This document shows positions 1 to 12,932 of a stretch of DNA of 64,000 nucleotides, one piece after another. Numbering within the stretch: position 1 is the stretch's first letter; each line of letters opens with the position of its first letter. The notes below the pieces were generated by a model. That model saw only the letters and a list, made by a program, of their open reading frames with translations, did not search any database and was not told the origin of the DNA. Source of the stretch: Lama glama (lineage: Eukaryota); NCBI GenBank assembly GCA_028534125.1, contig CM052817.1, forward strand, positions 93,064,001 to 93,128,000, written 5' to 3'. A program made the translations under genes and the position numbers.

Positions 1-145
1 AAAATGTCTTGTCACAAGTCAAAATCAATAACAAAAAAGATGGTGAGAAAATTCCCGAGTTTTTGTAAATAAAGGATAGTATTTCTAAATTACCCAGAGT
101 CAAAGAAGAAATCATATATTAAGTTAGGAAACATTTAAATTAAAT
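1..145 (+). mobile_element. Old L1M ORF2 (endonuclease-region) fragment
   Basis: aaatcaataacaaaaaaga...ttctaaattacccagagtcaaagaagaaatc resembles L1 ORF2 5' consensus; the same motif recurs at ~15150. Confidence 0.7.
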
Positions 146-519
146 GCTAATAAATAAGTAAGTTAATTAAATAAATAATAATGTTAAATTTAATAATACA
201 TAAAAATGTTACTAAATAAATTAAATAATAATAATATTTAATTTAAATGTTTCCTAACTTAATATTAAATTTAATAAGTTTATTTATAATTTGAATGGTA
301 AAAATAATGCCGAGAAGGCTTAGCTTAAAGAAAAAAATGTGGTTAAAATACATAGTGAACAATCATCCAAATTTTAGCATATTCTTATACTCCTGTTTTC
401 CTTTCTCAGTGACCAAAAAAAAATTATATTTAAGACTCTGATCTACCGATCTTGAGTGAATGATAGAGAATTAGTTATTGAAGAAAAGCTTCACTTCTTC
501 CAGAGAGGTGGACCTAGTG

Positions 520-965
520 TAAGTTTTCTAGTGACGTACGTAACGAACAGGCCAAGCGCTCAGTACGGTGTAGATCCATCAAGGCAGAGTTCCCAGGACA
601 GGTTCTATGAACTTTTAATGAATGTCTTACGAAAAGACAGTTCTGGGTTGAAATAAGCTGGTTGAAAGGAAATACACTTAAAGCATTACTTTTCGCAGCA
701 AGGCGTCTGACGGGGGTGAACGCGTAAATCCTCCGGGACAGACTTCCCCCCGCCCCTCCTCGTGGTCGAGCTCCTGATTGGCGGCAGGCAGTGTGGTTTG
801 CTGGTTTACTTGTTCTGTATCCGCGAGGCCCTCCCTTAGAACACACTTTGGGCAGAGACCATCCGAAGAGAAGAGGCAAAACTGTGAGCAAGCTAAGTCG
901 GTTTTCTGTACGTCCATTTCCTTTTTCTGCCTACGTTATACCTTTGAGTGACCGTAACTGTGCTT
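520..965. promoter_or_regulatory. Orphan intermediate-CpG promoter-like element
   Basis: Local CpG excess in AT-rich DNA; TGACGT CRE-like 532-537, GC box 746-756, NF-Y CTGATTGGCGG 774-784, MYB-type TAACTG 955-960; possible donor ACT|GTGAGC at 883/884. Confidence 0.55.
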
Positions 966-1734
966 TCAGGAGTTGTTGGCTTTCTCATTTCACATCATAA
1001 CACGGAAGCCTTTCTCTAGTGATGGGGCTCAAAGGAAGAAACGATTGAGGTGGGGGGTGCAGGGAAGCCCAGAGCAGGAGCGCCAACATCCCCTGGGGGG
1101 ACCTGGAAAGAGTTCAGACAGCTGGCTGGGCTGAGCCTACTTCTGCTGACTGAAGTTTTAGGTGAGAAGGTAAACAGCTCTTTTCATTAACAATCAGATA
1201 ATTACTTTCTGCAGCTTTGAGGTAGACCCTGGAAATCCTGAACTACCTTGGAAGGCTGTGGATTTCATTGCTTGATTTCATAGTTTGTTCCAAGTGTCTT
1301 TACATTTTGATACAGGACCTGAGCTATTTCACCTCTCTGGGTTTCCATTCCCTTATCTCTACAAGTAAAGATATAGGAATGATCTCCGCCATGCTCCCTA
1401 GACTGGCACCGCCAATGCCATGTGCGCCTGGATGGATCTGGCTCGTTGAGCCACGTGTTAGTTTTCATGTGCTGGACCTGGAGACTCCCCTAGACCACTG
1501 GCCCTCTCATCACCCGTTTCCCCTCACTGTGTTATTTAGGTACATCTCAATCTTTGCATGTCACATGCATGCAATAAGGAACCAGGAAGTCTGAATCAGG
1601 CTTGTCTGTATCACTCTGTCCAGCTGCTGACATTGCCCCAAACCATATTGGATAACTTCTCCAGGCTAACAACCTCTCCCTATTATTCTTGAAAAAGCAT
1701 GCAAAGCATACTACTTCTTTTGTAACCTTTTGCT

Positions 1735-2225
1735 AAAATAAAATTGCATAACAAATAACCAACAAACCTTAGAGGTATATGAGTTATATGTGTATTGCTC
1801 ACACATCTAGACTCAGTTGGGGATCAGCTAGGCAGCTGTACTGATCTTGGCTGGACTCACTCACCTGTTTAGGGGTAGCTGCTGTTCACTGCTCTAAGCT
1901 GCTTTGAAGGGTGCAGGGCGACTCAGCTGTGCTCCGTGTGCTTCTCATCCTCTAGAAGGCTGGCCTGAGCATGTTCTCATGGCAATGACAGAGGCACAAG
2001 AGAACAAGCAGAGACAGGAAGACTTCTTAAAGTTTAGGCTCAGAACTGGCTCACTGCCACTTTTGTCTTAATCTCTTGGCCAAAGCAAGTCAGTGGTTGA
2101 GTTCAGAATCCAGTGGCATACAGGTCACGCTGTCTGCCGAGGCAGGCACTGCAAAGTTATGTGGCAGAAGGGCATAGATACAGGAAGAGATGAGGGAGTA
2201 CAGCCAAATGATGCAATTTCCCCAT
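1735..2225 (-). mobile_element. MaLR solo LTR, MLT1H-like
   Basis: Blocks aggctcagaactggc...ttggccaaagcaagtca...ctgcaaagtta...gatacagg match MLT1H-type consensus in reverse. Confidence 0.75.
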
Positions 2226-3719
2226 CCTGGTACCAGACAGTTGAGTGAGGGCAAACCAGAACCTTGGTGTTTGACTTTCCTGTTTTCTGCCCTCTGTCTC
2301 AATTTGGCACAATTCACCAGGATCCTAAGGAGCTAGCTCCCTCCCTTTCCTTTTGTGATCTGGATGTGTTCTCCCTTACGCAGTAGTGTATAATCAGGCA
2401 CATCAAGCAAGCTTTTTAATTATGAACGAGTGAAATAAAATAACTTAGAAAATTCTTTTCTGACTTCTGGCTTGTAGGACTGAAACGTTGCTAGAGAGAC
2501 TGAGAAATTCAGGTTTAAATCTCAGAGTTGACTGTTGGCCTCTTTGCTTTAGGCAGTACCTTGCTCTTCTTCCCTTGACAAATAAACTTTGAGCGTAGCT
2601 TGGGAAATTTAAGGCTGCCAGTAAACATGATTGAGTGGAGAAGTAAAAATGCATCCGTTTAATATTTACAAAATACACTCCCATTACGTTTTACTTCTAA
2701 CTTCAGGTACAGATTTTACTTCAGGCAGTGGATTTTATTGCTTGATTTCATAGTTGGTTCCAAGTATATTTACATCTTGATATAGGACCTGAGCTATTTC
2801 ACTGCTCTGGGTTTCCATTTTCTTTTCTATACAAGTAAAGGTATAGCAATTGAAATGGGTAAGCTAGGGAAAGTTACTCAACTTTTCTGGGTTTTAGTTT
2901 TAGTTTCCTCATCTGTTAAAGTTCTATTGGAAAACCCTTGCAACCCACTATCTTATTATTCTTAAAATTCTGAACACCCTCAAGACCTAAACTCAAAACT
3001 CCAATTGTAACAGTGAAATAATTTTAATACTATGCAAATGGGAAGGAGATATTTGGAATCAAAGAGGTCTATTCAGTACAGTTCAAGTCAGGCCATGGGA
3101 CTGTAGGTACAACTGCTAAGGCCAGTTCTGCTAGAGACTGGAACACTGCCTATGTAAAAACAAAGGATTCTGGAAAATACTGACTTTCTAAGGAAGCAAG
3201 CCAGGGGTACCTAACCTATTTGCACCTAAATCGCTGAGTCATTAAAAGAAAACTGGGAGTCTAGGTAGAGGAGATGGTCAACTGAGAGCACATAAGATAG
3301 CAATAAAGGCAGCAAATACAAAACATTTATTTATCAACCATTAAATAACGTTATACGTCAGTGTTTTAGGTACTATACACTAATCTCCACTCATCTTCAC
3401 AAATACTCTGCAAGATAAGCAATATTACCCCAGGTTCCAAAAGTGTGAGTGAAAAGTACCTATCTTCCTGGGAGCACACAGGTATTGGGGGTGTGGTGGC
3501 TGGAGGTTTCCTTCATGGTACCAGTTTCTGGACACATCCAACACAACGAGGGGACACACCAAATGGCTGGGGCAACAATATTGTATATACTTCCTCCCAC
3601 AACCTCTCACATGGCCAACTGCTTTGAGAGAGAGTTAGCTGTCTTAGCCACTCTTGTGAAGGCACTAGTTTTTCTATCATTGATTGCCCTGCATTCCGTC
3701 CTTTAAAAGGTGTCAGCTA

Positions 3720-3930
3720 CAGAGATTTACAAATGCTAGCTGCTATATATAAAAGTAGATTTTAAAAAAATTTCTTCTGTATAGCACAGGGAACTATGCT
3801 CAATGTCTTGTAATAACTTTTAATGAAAAAGAATATGAAAACGAATATATGTATGACTGGGACATTGTGCTGTCCACCAGAGACTGACGCATTGTTAACT
3901 GACTGTATTTCAATAAACAAACAAAAAAAG
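3720..3930 (+). mobile_element. Truncated cetartiodactyl L1 3' UTR
   Basis: ctgtatagcacagggaactat...ttgtgctgtccaccag...tcaataaa followed by A-rich tail. Confidence 0.8.
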
Positions 3931-6900
3931 ATATATATCCTTTTACCCTACTAAACACATTCATAATCCAGCAAATATGAGAATTAATTTCTGGAAGGTT
4001 TTAATCACTAATCAGATTAAACTCAAAGTAAAAAAAGAAAAAGCTATCAGTTACATTGTGTGAAAAAAAAAAAGTTGAGAAAAGAGAGGCAGGCTATTTC
4101 TGGTTGTCTTTGAAAGTTAACCATGAGTTAAAATGAGAAACTGTGTTCCCTTCACATCTGTGTCAGCTACTTCTATACAAGACCATGGCAGGATGTAGAA
4201 GTACAAAGAAGAGGTCTGTCAAATTCATCCTTAATTATTCTGATGCCACAATTCACAATAATACTTTGCTTAAAAAGAAATGACAAAATCTGAGAAGAAA
4301 GTTCAGTGGAATGGGAAATTGATAGGTAAAATCCAGGACCATCCCTGGCAAAATAAGAGATGTGGTCATAGTAGTACTTGATTTCTTCAGTAAGTTATCA
4401 GGGATTTAGAGCCAGGCTTTGTGGAAAGAAGAAGTTTTGGCTAAATTCCTTTTGCTCCTCTTTAAAAGATCAAGATCTAGTTCCAGTGTATTGATCTTGA
4501 AGATTCCTCCATAGAATAGGGAGGATGTCTTAGTCCTCGCTGACTTTGAATTTAGGAAGGAAGACTACACAGAAACCATGGCATTCAAGCCTTTTAAACC
4601 CTGATTTACAGCAAGAAACACATTTTCTTCAGATATCCAGTACACACACACACACGAGAAAAGTATCACAAAACAATACTCGTACACCTTTCCAGTTTGC
4701 AATGCATTTTAATAGTTTTCATTCTTTTTCATTGAAAAATAATAATAATTACCTACTAAGTTAATGTCATATCCTGGTAACTAGAGGGTAGTGATCAGCA
4801 ATTTGGAAAATGCTGATGGAACAGTAATAAAAGAGGAAGCATATATCTTCCGTCCTCAAGGAAATATAGGAAGAGAGGTGATAGGGTAAAGGAGGAAAAC
4901 TCTTTCTCATTTCCCCAGTCAAGCCTAGGGGTTGAGAGTGGCTTTAGAAATAGCCAGGAAAGTACAGGAGCTCCCCCAGTGTCTGCTGTTCCTCCTATCA
5001 GTGCTTTAGAAAGGGGTGGCTTGGATGTGTGCCTGCAACACTCATCCAGGGCATCCTGACTGAAATACGTGCAGCAGTGCACTTGGGGAATGGGAGACCT
5101 CCAGGCTGGCTGCCCAGAAGCTCCCCCTTGATTTTCACATTTCATGTCCTGAAGAGTGTTCAAGGACCACGTGGGGAGACTTAGTAGGTATCTCATGAGG
5201 TTGGTTGACAAGTCAGCCAGAAATACTCACTTTAGTAATGAAAGGAAAGACCTTGGACCTAGGGCAAGGCAGATGACACTCAACCAGGAACAAATGGAAT
5301 TACAAAGCAAGTCTCAGTGGGTGATGGCAATGTGAGAGCTCAATGGGTCCCAGGCAGAAAGTGAAGATGGTCAGTTCCTAAGGCGACTTGACTGTTTATA
5401 GGTTGGCATTAGATAAAATCAGTTCCTGAGGTGAGGTACCAGAGTCAGAGAACAGTCCACAAGATCACCAGTCACGGACTTCAACACAGGAGATCAGCAG
5501 AAATTATCAGGTGGGGAAGGACATTGCTGTGGAATCTCCAAAGGCCAAGGGTAATACGAGTATGCTGCCCCTGGTGTAAGCTAGTGCCTACCCTCGCTCA
5601 CCTACCTGTCAACCCGTGAGGGCACAGTCAACTTCCAGAAGTAATCGTAGGGCAAGGGGATGGCATAACAAGTGAGTAATATCTCAAGACTTGACTATTT
5701 ATAGGTTGGCACTAGATAAAACTCTATGAGACAACACTAAATTTTGTACCTGCGCCCACATGCCAACTCTCCACCTAGGTTCATGGGGTCTTACAAAAGC
5801 AACAGCTCAGTTATGAAGAAATAGAAACTCCATTTCCTCTTCACATTTGAGAACAGCAGGAAGAAATTCCCAATCATAGCATAAAAGTCACTGTGAATGG
5901 TTTTCATTGTTATATACACTCACTGATGAGTAAAAGAATTCTTAAGACCATTTCTTATATGAATGTCAGAAATTTTTATCTTGATAACAGCGTTATAAAT
6001 GTCATGAAGCCTTTTTTTTTTCCCAGATAAGGCACTTTATGTGCTCTTCAAAACTGGTTAATAAAGGAATTCTGGTGCCTACGGGAAAGACACATCACTG
6101 TATTTCTGTTGCCAGTGTAGAATATTTTGTCATTAAACTTTCATGATAATATTAATTGGTGAAATTTTGGAGCCTAGAGACTGTGCCCCACATGTGAAGT
6201 TAAATGCTGCATTGAAGCAATTTTTAGATAATTCCAGTAAAGTGTTCACTTCTACAAATCTAACCGACAAAAGCGTATTTTCTCCACATTATCTTTGCTT
6301 TTTATGTGTAACAATCACATGACTGATCCCTAAGGGTAAAAATACAAAACTATTCCTTTTTTTAATGAGTACGTTTATGTATCACATAAATGTCAATTCC
6401 TTAAATGAAGACTTGAGAGTGTGTTTGCCACAACACCTTGTCTTTTTGAAGAATTATAGTTACCAGTCCAAAATAGTATTAAAGTATATTACAAATAATA
6501 ATGCTTTTATCTTACTGGAAAAACATCTGTACATATCTGGTTGAGTGTAACCATAAATATAATACTCTGAACTTTTCTTATTTAATAGACTTTTTCTGAA
6601 ATAAGAGACAATGTATGTAAAATAGAGTTTTTTTGGGGGGGAGCTTTTTGAAAAAATTTAGTATTATTATAAAGTTTTTATTGTATTCTTTTTATTAGAA
6701 AAAAAGATTGAGGTTTAATGGTTATTTTAATTTTGCTAAGTTTGCCGTGGGCTGGTAATGAAGTGAACAACAGAAATTAGACAGGCAAGGTACAGCTTTA
6801 AAACACATTACTTATAGGAATTTCAATAAAAGAAAAATGAATGTTTGAAAAATATCTATACCAATTTTCAGAACTTGGTAACTCTACTGAGGTGCCAACT

Positions 6901-7098
6901 CGCCACCAAGAACATGGAAATGATAGAAAAATATGATCCTCTCTTGGTAAATAAACTGTAGGATAAACTCAAAGGTCTGGACAACATGTGAAAACACAGA
7001 ACTCTCAAGACAGGAGGATTGAGTGTTTCCTGATAGAGTGTCTAAGCTCCTCAAAATGATATCTGTAGCCCTAAAAGCCTGGGGGTCGGAGCTGGAAG

Positions 7099-7635
7099 TG
7101 TTACTGAGTTCAAACTCATTCTGCTTGCTGCAGGAAAGACCAATAAATCAGGTGACAAGGTGTTGGGGCAGGAAATAATGACTTTATTTGGAAAATCAGC
7201 AGACGGAGGAGATGGAGGGCTAATATCCTAGAGAACCATCTTCCTCATCTCACCCAAGTCAGAATTCAGGCTTTTTTTAATACTAAAAAGGGAGGGGCTA
7301 TGGTTGGTTGTTGTAAACTTCTGAGTGTCAGGATCCTTTGTTCTTGCAGCTGTCCATGTAGATCAGGTCATGATGTTCCTGTAAACCTCCGACACGACAA
7401 ATGTTATTCTCTGTTCTGCAACTTTTTTTTAAATCTCTGTATGAATGGAAAAGTGTTATATATACCTTAAAGGTCAGAGCCTTAAGAATGGGCTGTCCTG
7501 TGTATTTCAGGCTCTAGGCAACGTTCTCTTACAAAAGGTGCAGAACCAGCATGACTAAGCACAGGAAACAGAGCCCAGGACTAGAGCTAAAGGAACAGAT
7601 CTAATGTGGAGTCAGATTTGTTCTTCCCTACTGCA
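7099..7635 (-). mobile_element. ERV1-class solo LTR
   Basis: TG...CA termini; 4-bp TSD GAAG (7095-7098 and 7636-7639); homologous over its length to the LTR at 30264-30778. Confidence 0.9.
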
Positions 7636-8374
7636 GAAGGACAACAATGTCATTGCCCATCCAAGCACTATCCAGAGAGAGAGGCCTTAGTTAACAGCCT
7701 TTAAGTTACTTGGCCCCAGTGTGAAGTTAGTCCCAGTCATTTAATTTGCTAACTAATGCCCTTTCTTGATTTTGTGCTTAGGAAACAACCTTCTGATTCA
7801 GATTTGTATTCGTATTTTAGATCTACCTACAGAGGAGAAAAATGCACTGGTCCTATGAGTACAGCTATTTCAGTCCATGTGAAAATTACATTTCACTTTA
7901 TATTTAAATAAATAGCGCTTCTGTTAATATGTTAATTGTGAGTATTCTATCCATAGGAGCCTGACACAGAGATAGATCCAAATCTCTACATAGTCTCACC
8001 AAAGTAATAAATGACCCTGAGGTGGGGTCCAGTGGGAGCTATCCAGCCTGATTTCTTGCTCAGTGGCTGCAAGAAACTTTATCTTTTAACAGTCTTGGCA
8101 TTTCAGTATGATGAGTGCTAAGTCTTAGTGTCCCGTCTCTAAAATGTGGATAATAATACTTCAACGCCTGTATCATTTTGCTAATTCTTTGCTTGACAAA
8201 CACTATTGGACCCTACTCTGGTCCCCTGCTCTTTATTTCATGGCTAGAAGAGCCTGCTTCCCACAATAGTGAATATTCTAAGTAATTCTAGATAATTGCT
8301 TTCCTAGCTTCCCTTGAAGTTTTACAAATATAAATGAAGTCATATACGTGTAAAGATGTTTTAGCCTTAGAAAT

Positions 8375-8962
8375 TGTGGTGGGCAGAATTCTAAACGCCC
8401 CCTGCCCCGAGATCCCTGCCGTGTGTGTACACACCTGCATAATCGTTTGGACTGTAAATATGATGAATTTTACTCCTGTGATGAAGTTACATTAGATGGC
8501 ACAGTTGACTTGGAGAAAGAGATTATCCACGTGGGCCTTTTCTAAACTTACATGAGCCCTTTAAGTCTCAGTCTAGAGGTCAGGGACTGGGAGAGTCAGA
8601 GATCTGAAATAGCAGAGACATACCCCTGCTGACCTTAAAGAAGTGACTGCCAAGTTTGGAAAGAGTGACATGGCAGGGAACGGCAGGCTGCCCCTAGGAG
8701 CTGAGAAGGGCCTCTGGGTTAACAGCCGACAAGAACTAGATTCTGCCAACAACCTGAATGAACTTGGAAGTGGATTTTTCCCCAGAGAACTCCAGACAAG
8801 AGCTGGACCCAGCCAACACTTTGCTTTTAGCCATGGGAGAGCCTAAGCTGAGGGGGTATTCGTGCAAACTCCTAACTCGCTGAAACTGTGAGATAATGAA
8901 GTTGAGCTGTTTTATGCTGCTAACTTTATGGTACATTGTTACACAGCATTAAAAAGGAATGT
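8375..8962 (+). mobile_element. MaLR solo LTR, MLT1E-like
   Basis: Starts tgtggtgggcagaattctaa; ends with gctgctaactttatggtacattgttacacagca, typical of MLT1 LTRs. Confidence 0.75.
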
Positions 8963-9170
8963 GGGAGTCTTGCCGTATAATTACTATAATGAAAACAATT
9001 AGAGTGTTCAAATAAGAAAAATCCAGGAAATACTTCAAGCCTAAGTGGAGCTGCTCTTGCTCAGAGCCTCGTTGGGTTGCAGTCCGTTGTTGGTTGGGAC
9101 GGTAATCTACTTTGCCTGATAGTTAAAGAGTGTGAACATCAACTTTGCTGTGTACTAAGAAGAATGGAAG

Positions 9171-9955
9171 AGAGGCTGTGGAGAAAAGGGAACCCTCCTA
9201 CACTGCTGGTGGGAATGCAGTTTGGTGCAGCCACTGTGGAAAATGGTATGGAGATTCCTCAAAAGACTAGGAATAGACTTACCATGTGACCCAGGAATCC
9301 CGCTCCTGGGCTTATACCCAGAAGGAACCCTACTTCAAAATGACACCTGCACCCCAATGTTCATAGCAGCACTATTCACAATAGCCAAGACATGGAAACA
9401 GCCTAAATGTCCATCAATAGATGACTGGATAAAGAAGATGTGGTCTATGGATGCAATGAAATACTATTCAGCCATAAAAACCAACAACATAACGCCATTT
9501 GCAGCAACATGGATGCTCCTGGAGAATGTCATTCTAAGTGAAGTAAGCCAGAAAGAGAAAGAAAAATACCATATGAGATCACTCATTTGTGGAATCTAAA
9601 AAACAAAACAAAACAAAACAAAACATTCATAAATACACAACAGAAACAGACTCATAGACATAGAATACAAACTTGTGTTTGCCAAGCGGGCGGGGCATGG
9701 GAGGGGACAGACTGGGATTTCAAAATGTAGAATAAACAAGATTATACTGTATAGCACAGGGAAATATATACAAGATCTTGTGGTAGCTCATAGCAAGAAA
9801 AAAAGTGTGACAATGAATATATGTATATTCGTGTATAACTGAAAAATTGTGCTCTTCACTGGAATTTGACACAACATTGTACAATGACTATAACTCAGTA
9901 AAAAATGTTTTAAAAAATTAGAAGAACATATTTGTAGGGGAAAAAAAAGAAGAAA
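9171..9955 (+). mobile_element. Young 5'-truncated L1 (ORF2 C-terminus + 3' UTR)
   Basis: ORF 9222-9599 is the L1 ORF2 C-terminus ([22 protein letters not shown]); TSD AAGAAGA(A/C)TGGAAG at 9157-9170 and 9956-9969. Confidence 0.95.
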
Positions 9956-12469
9956 AAGAAGACTGGAAGGAGTTTGAAATCGTTTTCTGTGGTCTGACCA
10001 GAGTCTTTTAAAACTATTGTCTTGCTTGGGGTGCAAAAATCTTATTTAAAAGTCAAAGCTGAGGAATGACTTTATTGTTCAAGCTGCTACTGCCTCTCGC
10101 TTAGAAAAAATGACCCCTATTGCTCCATTAGGTCGGGACCCCTGGAGGTGCACAATCTACAGTTTAACCCGATAGGAAAGTTTCACACGTACTTTTTATG
10201 ACTACCACTACGTGAAATATATGCCAAGCTCTTGTTTCCACCTTAGCTATGAAGATGAGTAATAAGATAACATTTCTGCCCTGGAGGAGTTTCTAGCCTC
10301 AGGACAGAAATAGATGTGTAAAGAGCTAACCACAATTGTACATAATTAGTCCTATAATAACGGAATGAGCAAAGCATTGTGGGACTACAGAGAAAGCTCT
10401 GCTGGAAACTGCTCAGGAATAGCTGTGCAGCATATTCAGGCAACATGAATATACTCCTGCTAAAATAGCACTATTTCATTGGCAAAAGGTAACATAATTG
10501 AGAGAAAGTAGATGGTACATGTATATCGGAGCTGTGGGACAGAAACTGTCAACATCCTTTACGAGAAAGGAAAATAGTTTCTTGCCATTTCAAGATGCTT
10601 CACCTAGGGTCACAGGAGGAAATGGGTTTTGGCCTTTCTTATTTCTTGTTTGTTGCCTTCTTTGTTACTTGCCTTTGTTATGATTTGGTTTTATTAATTA
10701 AAGATTGCTTTCTAAAACTCTATTTACCTAAGCTTAAAGATGCGTGCAGTTCTGTCTTCAAAAATTAACTGTTTCCCTATTTAAATTTTAAATTTTCCTT
10801 TGACCTTTTATTTGTGATGACCTAGTACTTGTAAGACATTGATGAGATGCTGTGGGACATTTCAAGATGGAAAAAGAAAACTTATTTCTTCCCTTAGGAG
10901 GCTTGCATTTTAGTAGGAGAGACTGTGGCATAAAAATAATATAATAACAGGTAAAATAAAATAAAAGCCATCAAAACGTTAAAGAGAATGAGATGAATGT
11001 GCTTTGCATTTTGACCTTCCTGTTTACTGGTTTTGGTAGGGCCTGTAACCTCAGCAACATAATGTAACTTCACATTGAGGTTTTTAGTATTTTTATAACG
11101 TCGTTGTTAGAATGTCACAGCTGGAAGTGACACCGGGTGAGGACACTGTCAGAGAAGTCTAATATTCCACTCTGGGTCACATGGTTAAGCCATGATCCAA
11201 TGTTTCACAATTTTTACTTTCTAAATCAGGGACTTCAAACTGGAGGCCTGTTGCTAAATTTGGCTCACAGTGCCTCTTAGTGTTATTATTTTTAGCGATA
11301 TCAGTATTTCAGAATAACTTCTTTGAATTACTTCTGGCAGGGCACACCTTCATGTATTCTATCTTAATACTCACAGTGTATCATATATATATGAGACTTG
11401 GCCATCTTACAATGATGAGCCTCCAAAGGCATATGAATCTGAAATTCCTTTATGCTCTACAGTATGCGCCATATACTACATGAAATACAGTACTTGAAGT
11501 TCACAGGCCTGTTAGGTTCTGTTTAGCTTCTGGGTCTTTGACTTACAGCTCCCATTTCTTGGGACAAACATTCCCATCTTTTCTTTTGCTAAACTGAGTA
11601 TTATTTCTATCAAGACTTAGCTAAGGAGCCACACATGTAGAAAGTTGGGCCAGTCTGGTTTTGCCATATCTTCTGCTTGTAAGCACTGCATCCTGAGTTT
11701 ATCTCTATACACACACTTTATGTTGTAATCATCCTTTTACTTCCAAACAAACTGAGGGCAGGTGTTATCTGTTTGTCTTGGATTCTCTGGTGCTGTGCAA
11801 TGTATCTGGCACATAGAAAGATTTAAATAAATGTTTATTGACAAAATGTTATTTTGTTAAATGGTATGGAGATGGTAAAAATGGCATGAGAGCTCAATAT
11901 TTATTTGTACTGTCTTAGAAAAGACTCTAGCATTAAGCACATTCTTTGGATGTGACTTAACATTGTATCCTTTTTTGTCTTTAAGAATATTTTAAGATCC
12001 TCTGGAGAAAATAATTATAAATCTTAACTTATATAATAAATAGTTCAAATGATATTGAAAAAGTGTGAATAAACAAAGAGATTTTACTATCCTAAAAAAC
12101 ATTTTTGAAAGTATGGCTTAATAAACTTGGATCTAGGCCAAAGGGAAATAAAATATTTAAGAAGGCAGAAGTAGGAAATCAGTAAAATTTGGAGTGAAGC
12201 CTGAATAGTAGTAGTTGACAACATAACTATAAATTTTCGGGAAACTGTTAAGCAATGATGCCTGAAAAACAAGTAGAGGTGTGGAGATTTTCCAGTGGTT
12301 TCAACAAACTATGGGACTCGGCAAAGATAAAGAGGGCGGGAAAAAGCAAAAATATTCTGAAAGTCTTGTCAATATTATGGTTGGCCATTGATACTGATTA
12401 ATTCTGAATATTGATAGCAAATGTGATGATCAAAATGCATGAGTTAAGTTTTACTGACTGATTGTATGT

Positions 12470-12930
12470 ACCTTGTGAGAGAGAAAAGTTGAGAGTTATT
12501 CCAAAGCATTGGGTCTGGGTAACTGGAAGGATAGAGTTGACATTTCATGAAATACTGGAAAATACCAGGAGCTCAGTTTTTAGCATAATAGATAGATATT
12601 TTCATTTAGAAAAGCAAGTGGAGATTCTGGAAAGGTAATTGAATACAGGAGTCCAGAGATCAGCACTTAGGTCCAGGTTACAGCTATAAATTTGGAGTCA
12701 CTGATATAGAGATAATATCTAAAGCCCTGAGACTGGAGGAAGTCATCAGGAAGGGACTGTAGACACAAAATAGAAGAGATTCAAAACTGAGTCCAAACCA
12801 AAATTAAAAGGTCAGGAAGCAGAGGAGACAGGAGGGTGGTAGGAGGAAAAAACCAAGAGACTGTGGAGTTCTGCTAAGTCAAGGGAAGAAAGTGTTTCAA
12901 AGAAGGAATGATCAAAAGGGTCAAATACTA
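12470..12930 (-). mobile_element. L2 LINE fragment
   Basis: aactggaaggatagagttg...ataaatttggagtca...agggaagaaagtgtttcaa match L2 in reverse orientation. Confidence 0.7.
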
Positions 12931-12932
12931 TC

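Noticed and set aside
5385..5721. CRISPR-like array from ~32-34-bp direct repeats (also 53071 and 54853)
   Set aside because: Only two copies each, long irregular spacing, mammalian context and no cas genes
9222..9599. 125-aa ORF, and its twin at 27187-27564, as host genes
   Set aside because: Both are the C-terminus of L1 ORF2 in 5'-truncated insertions
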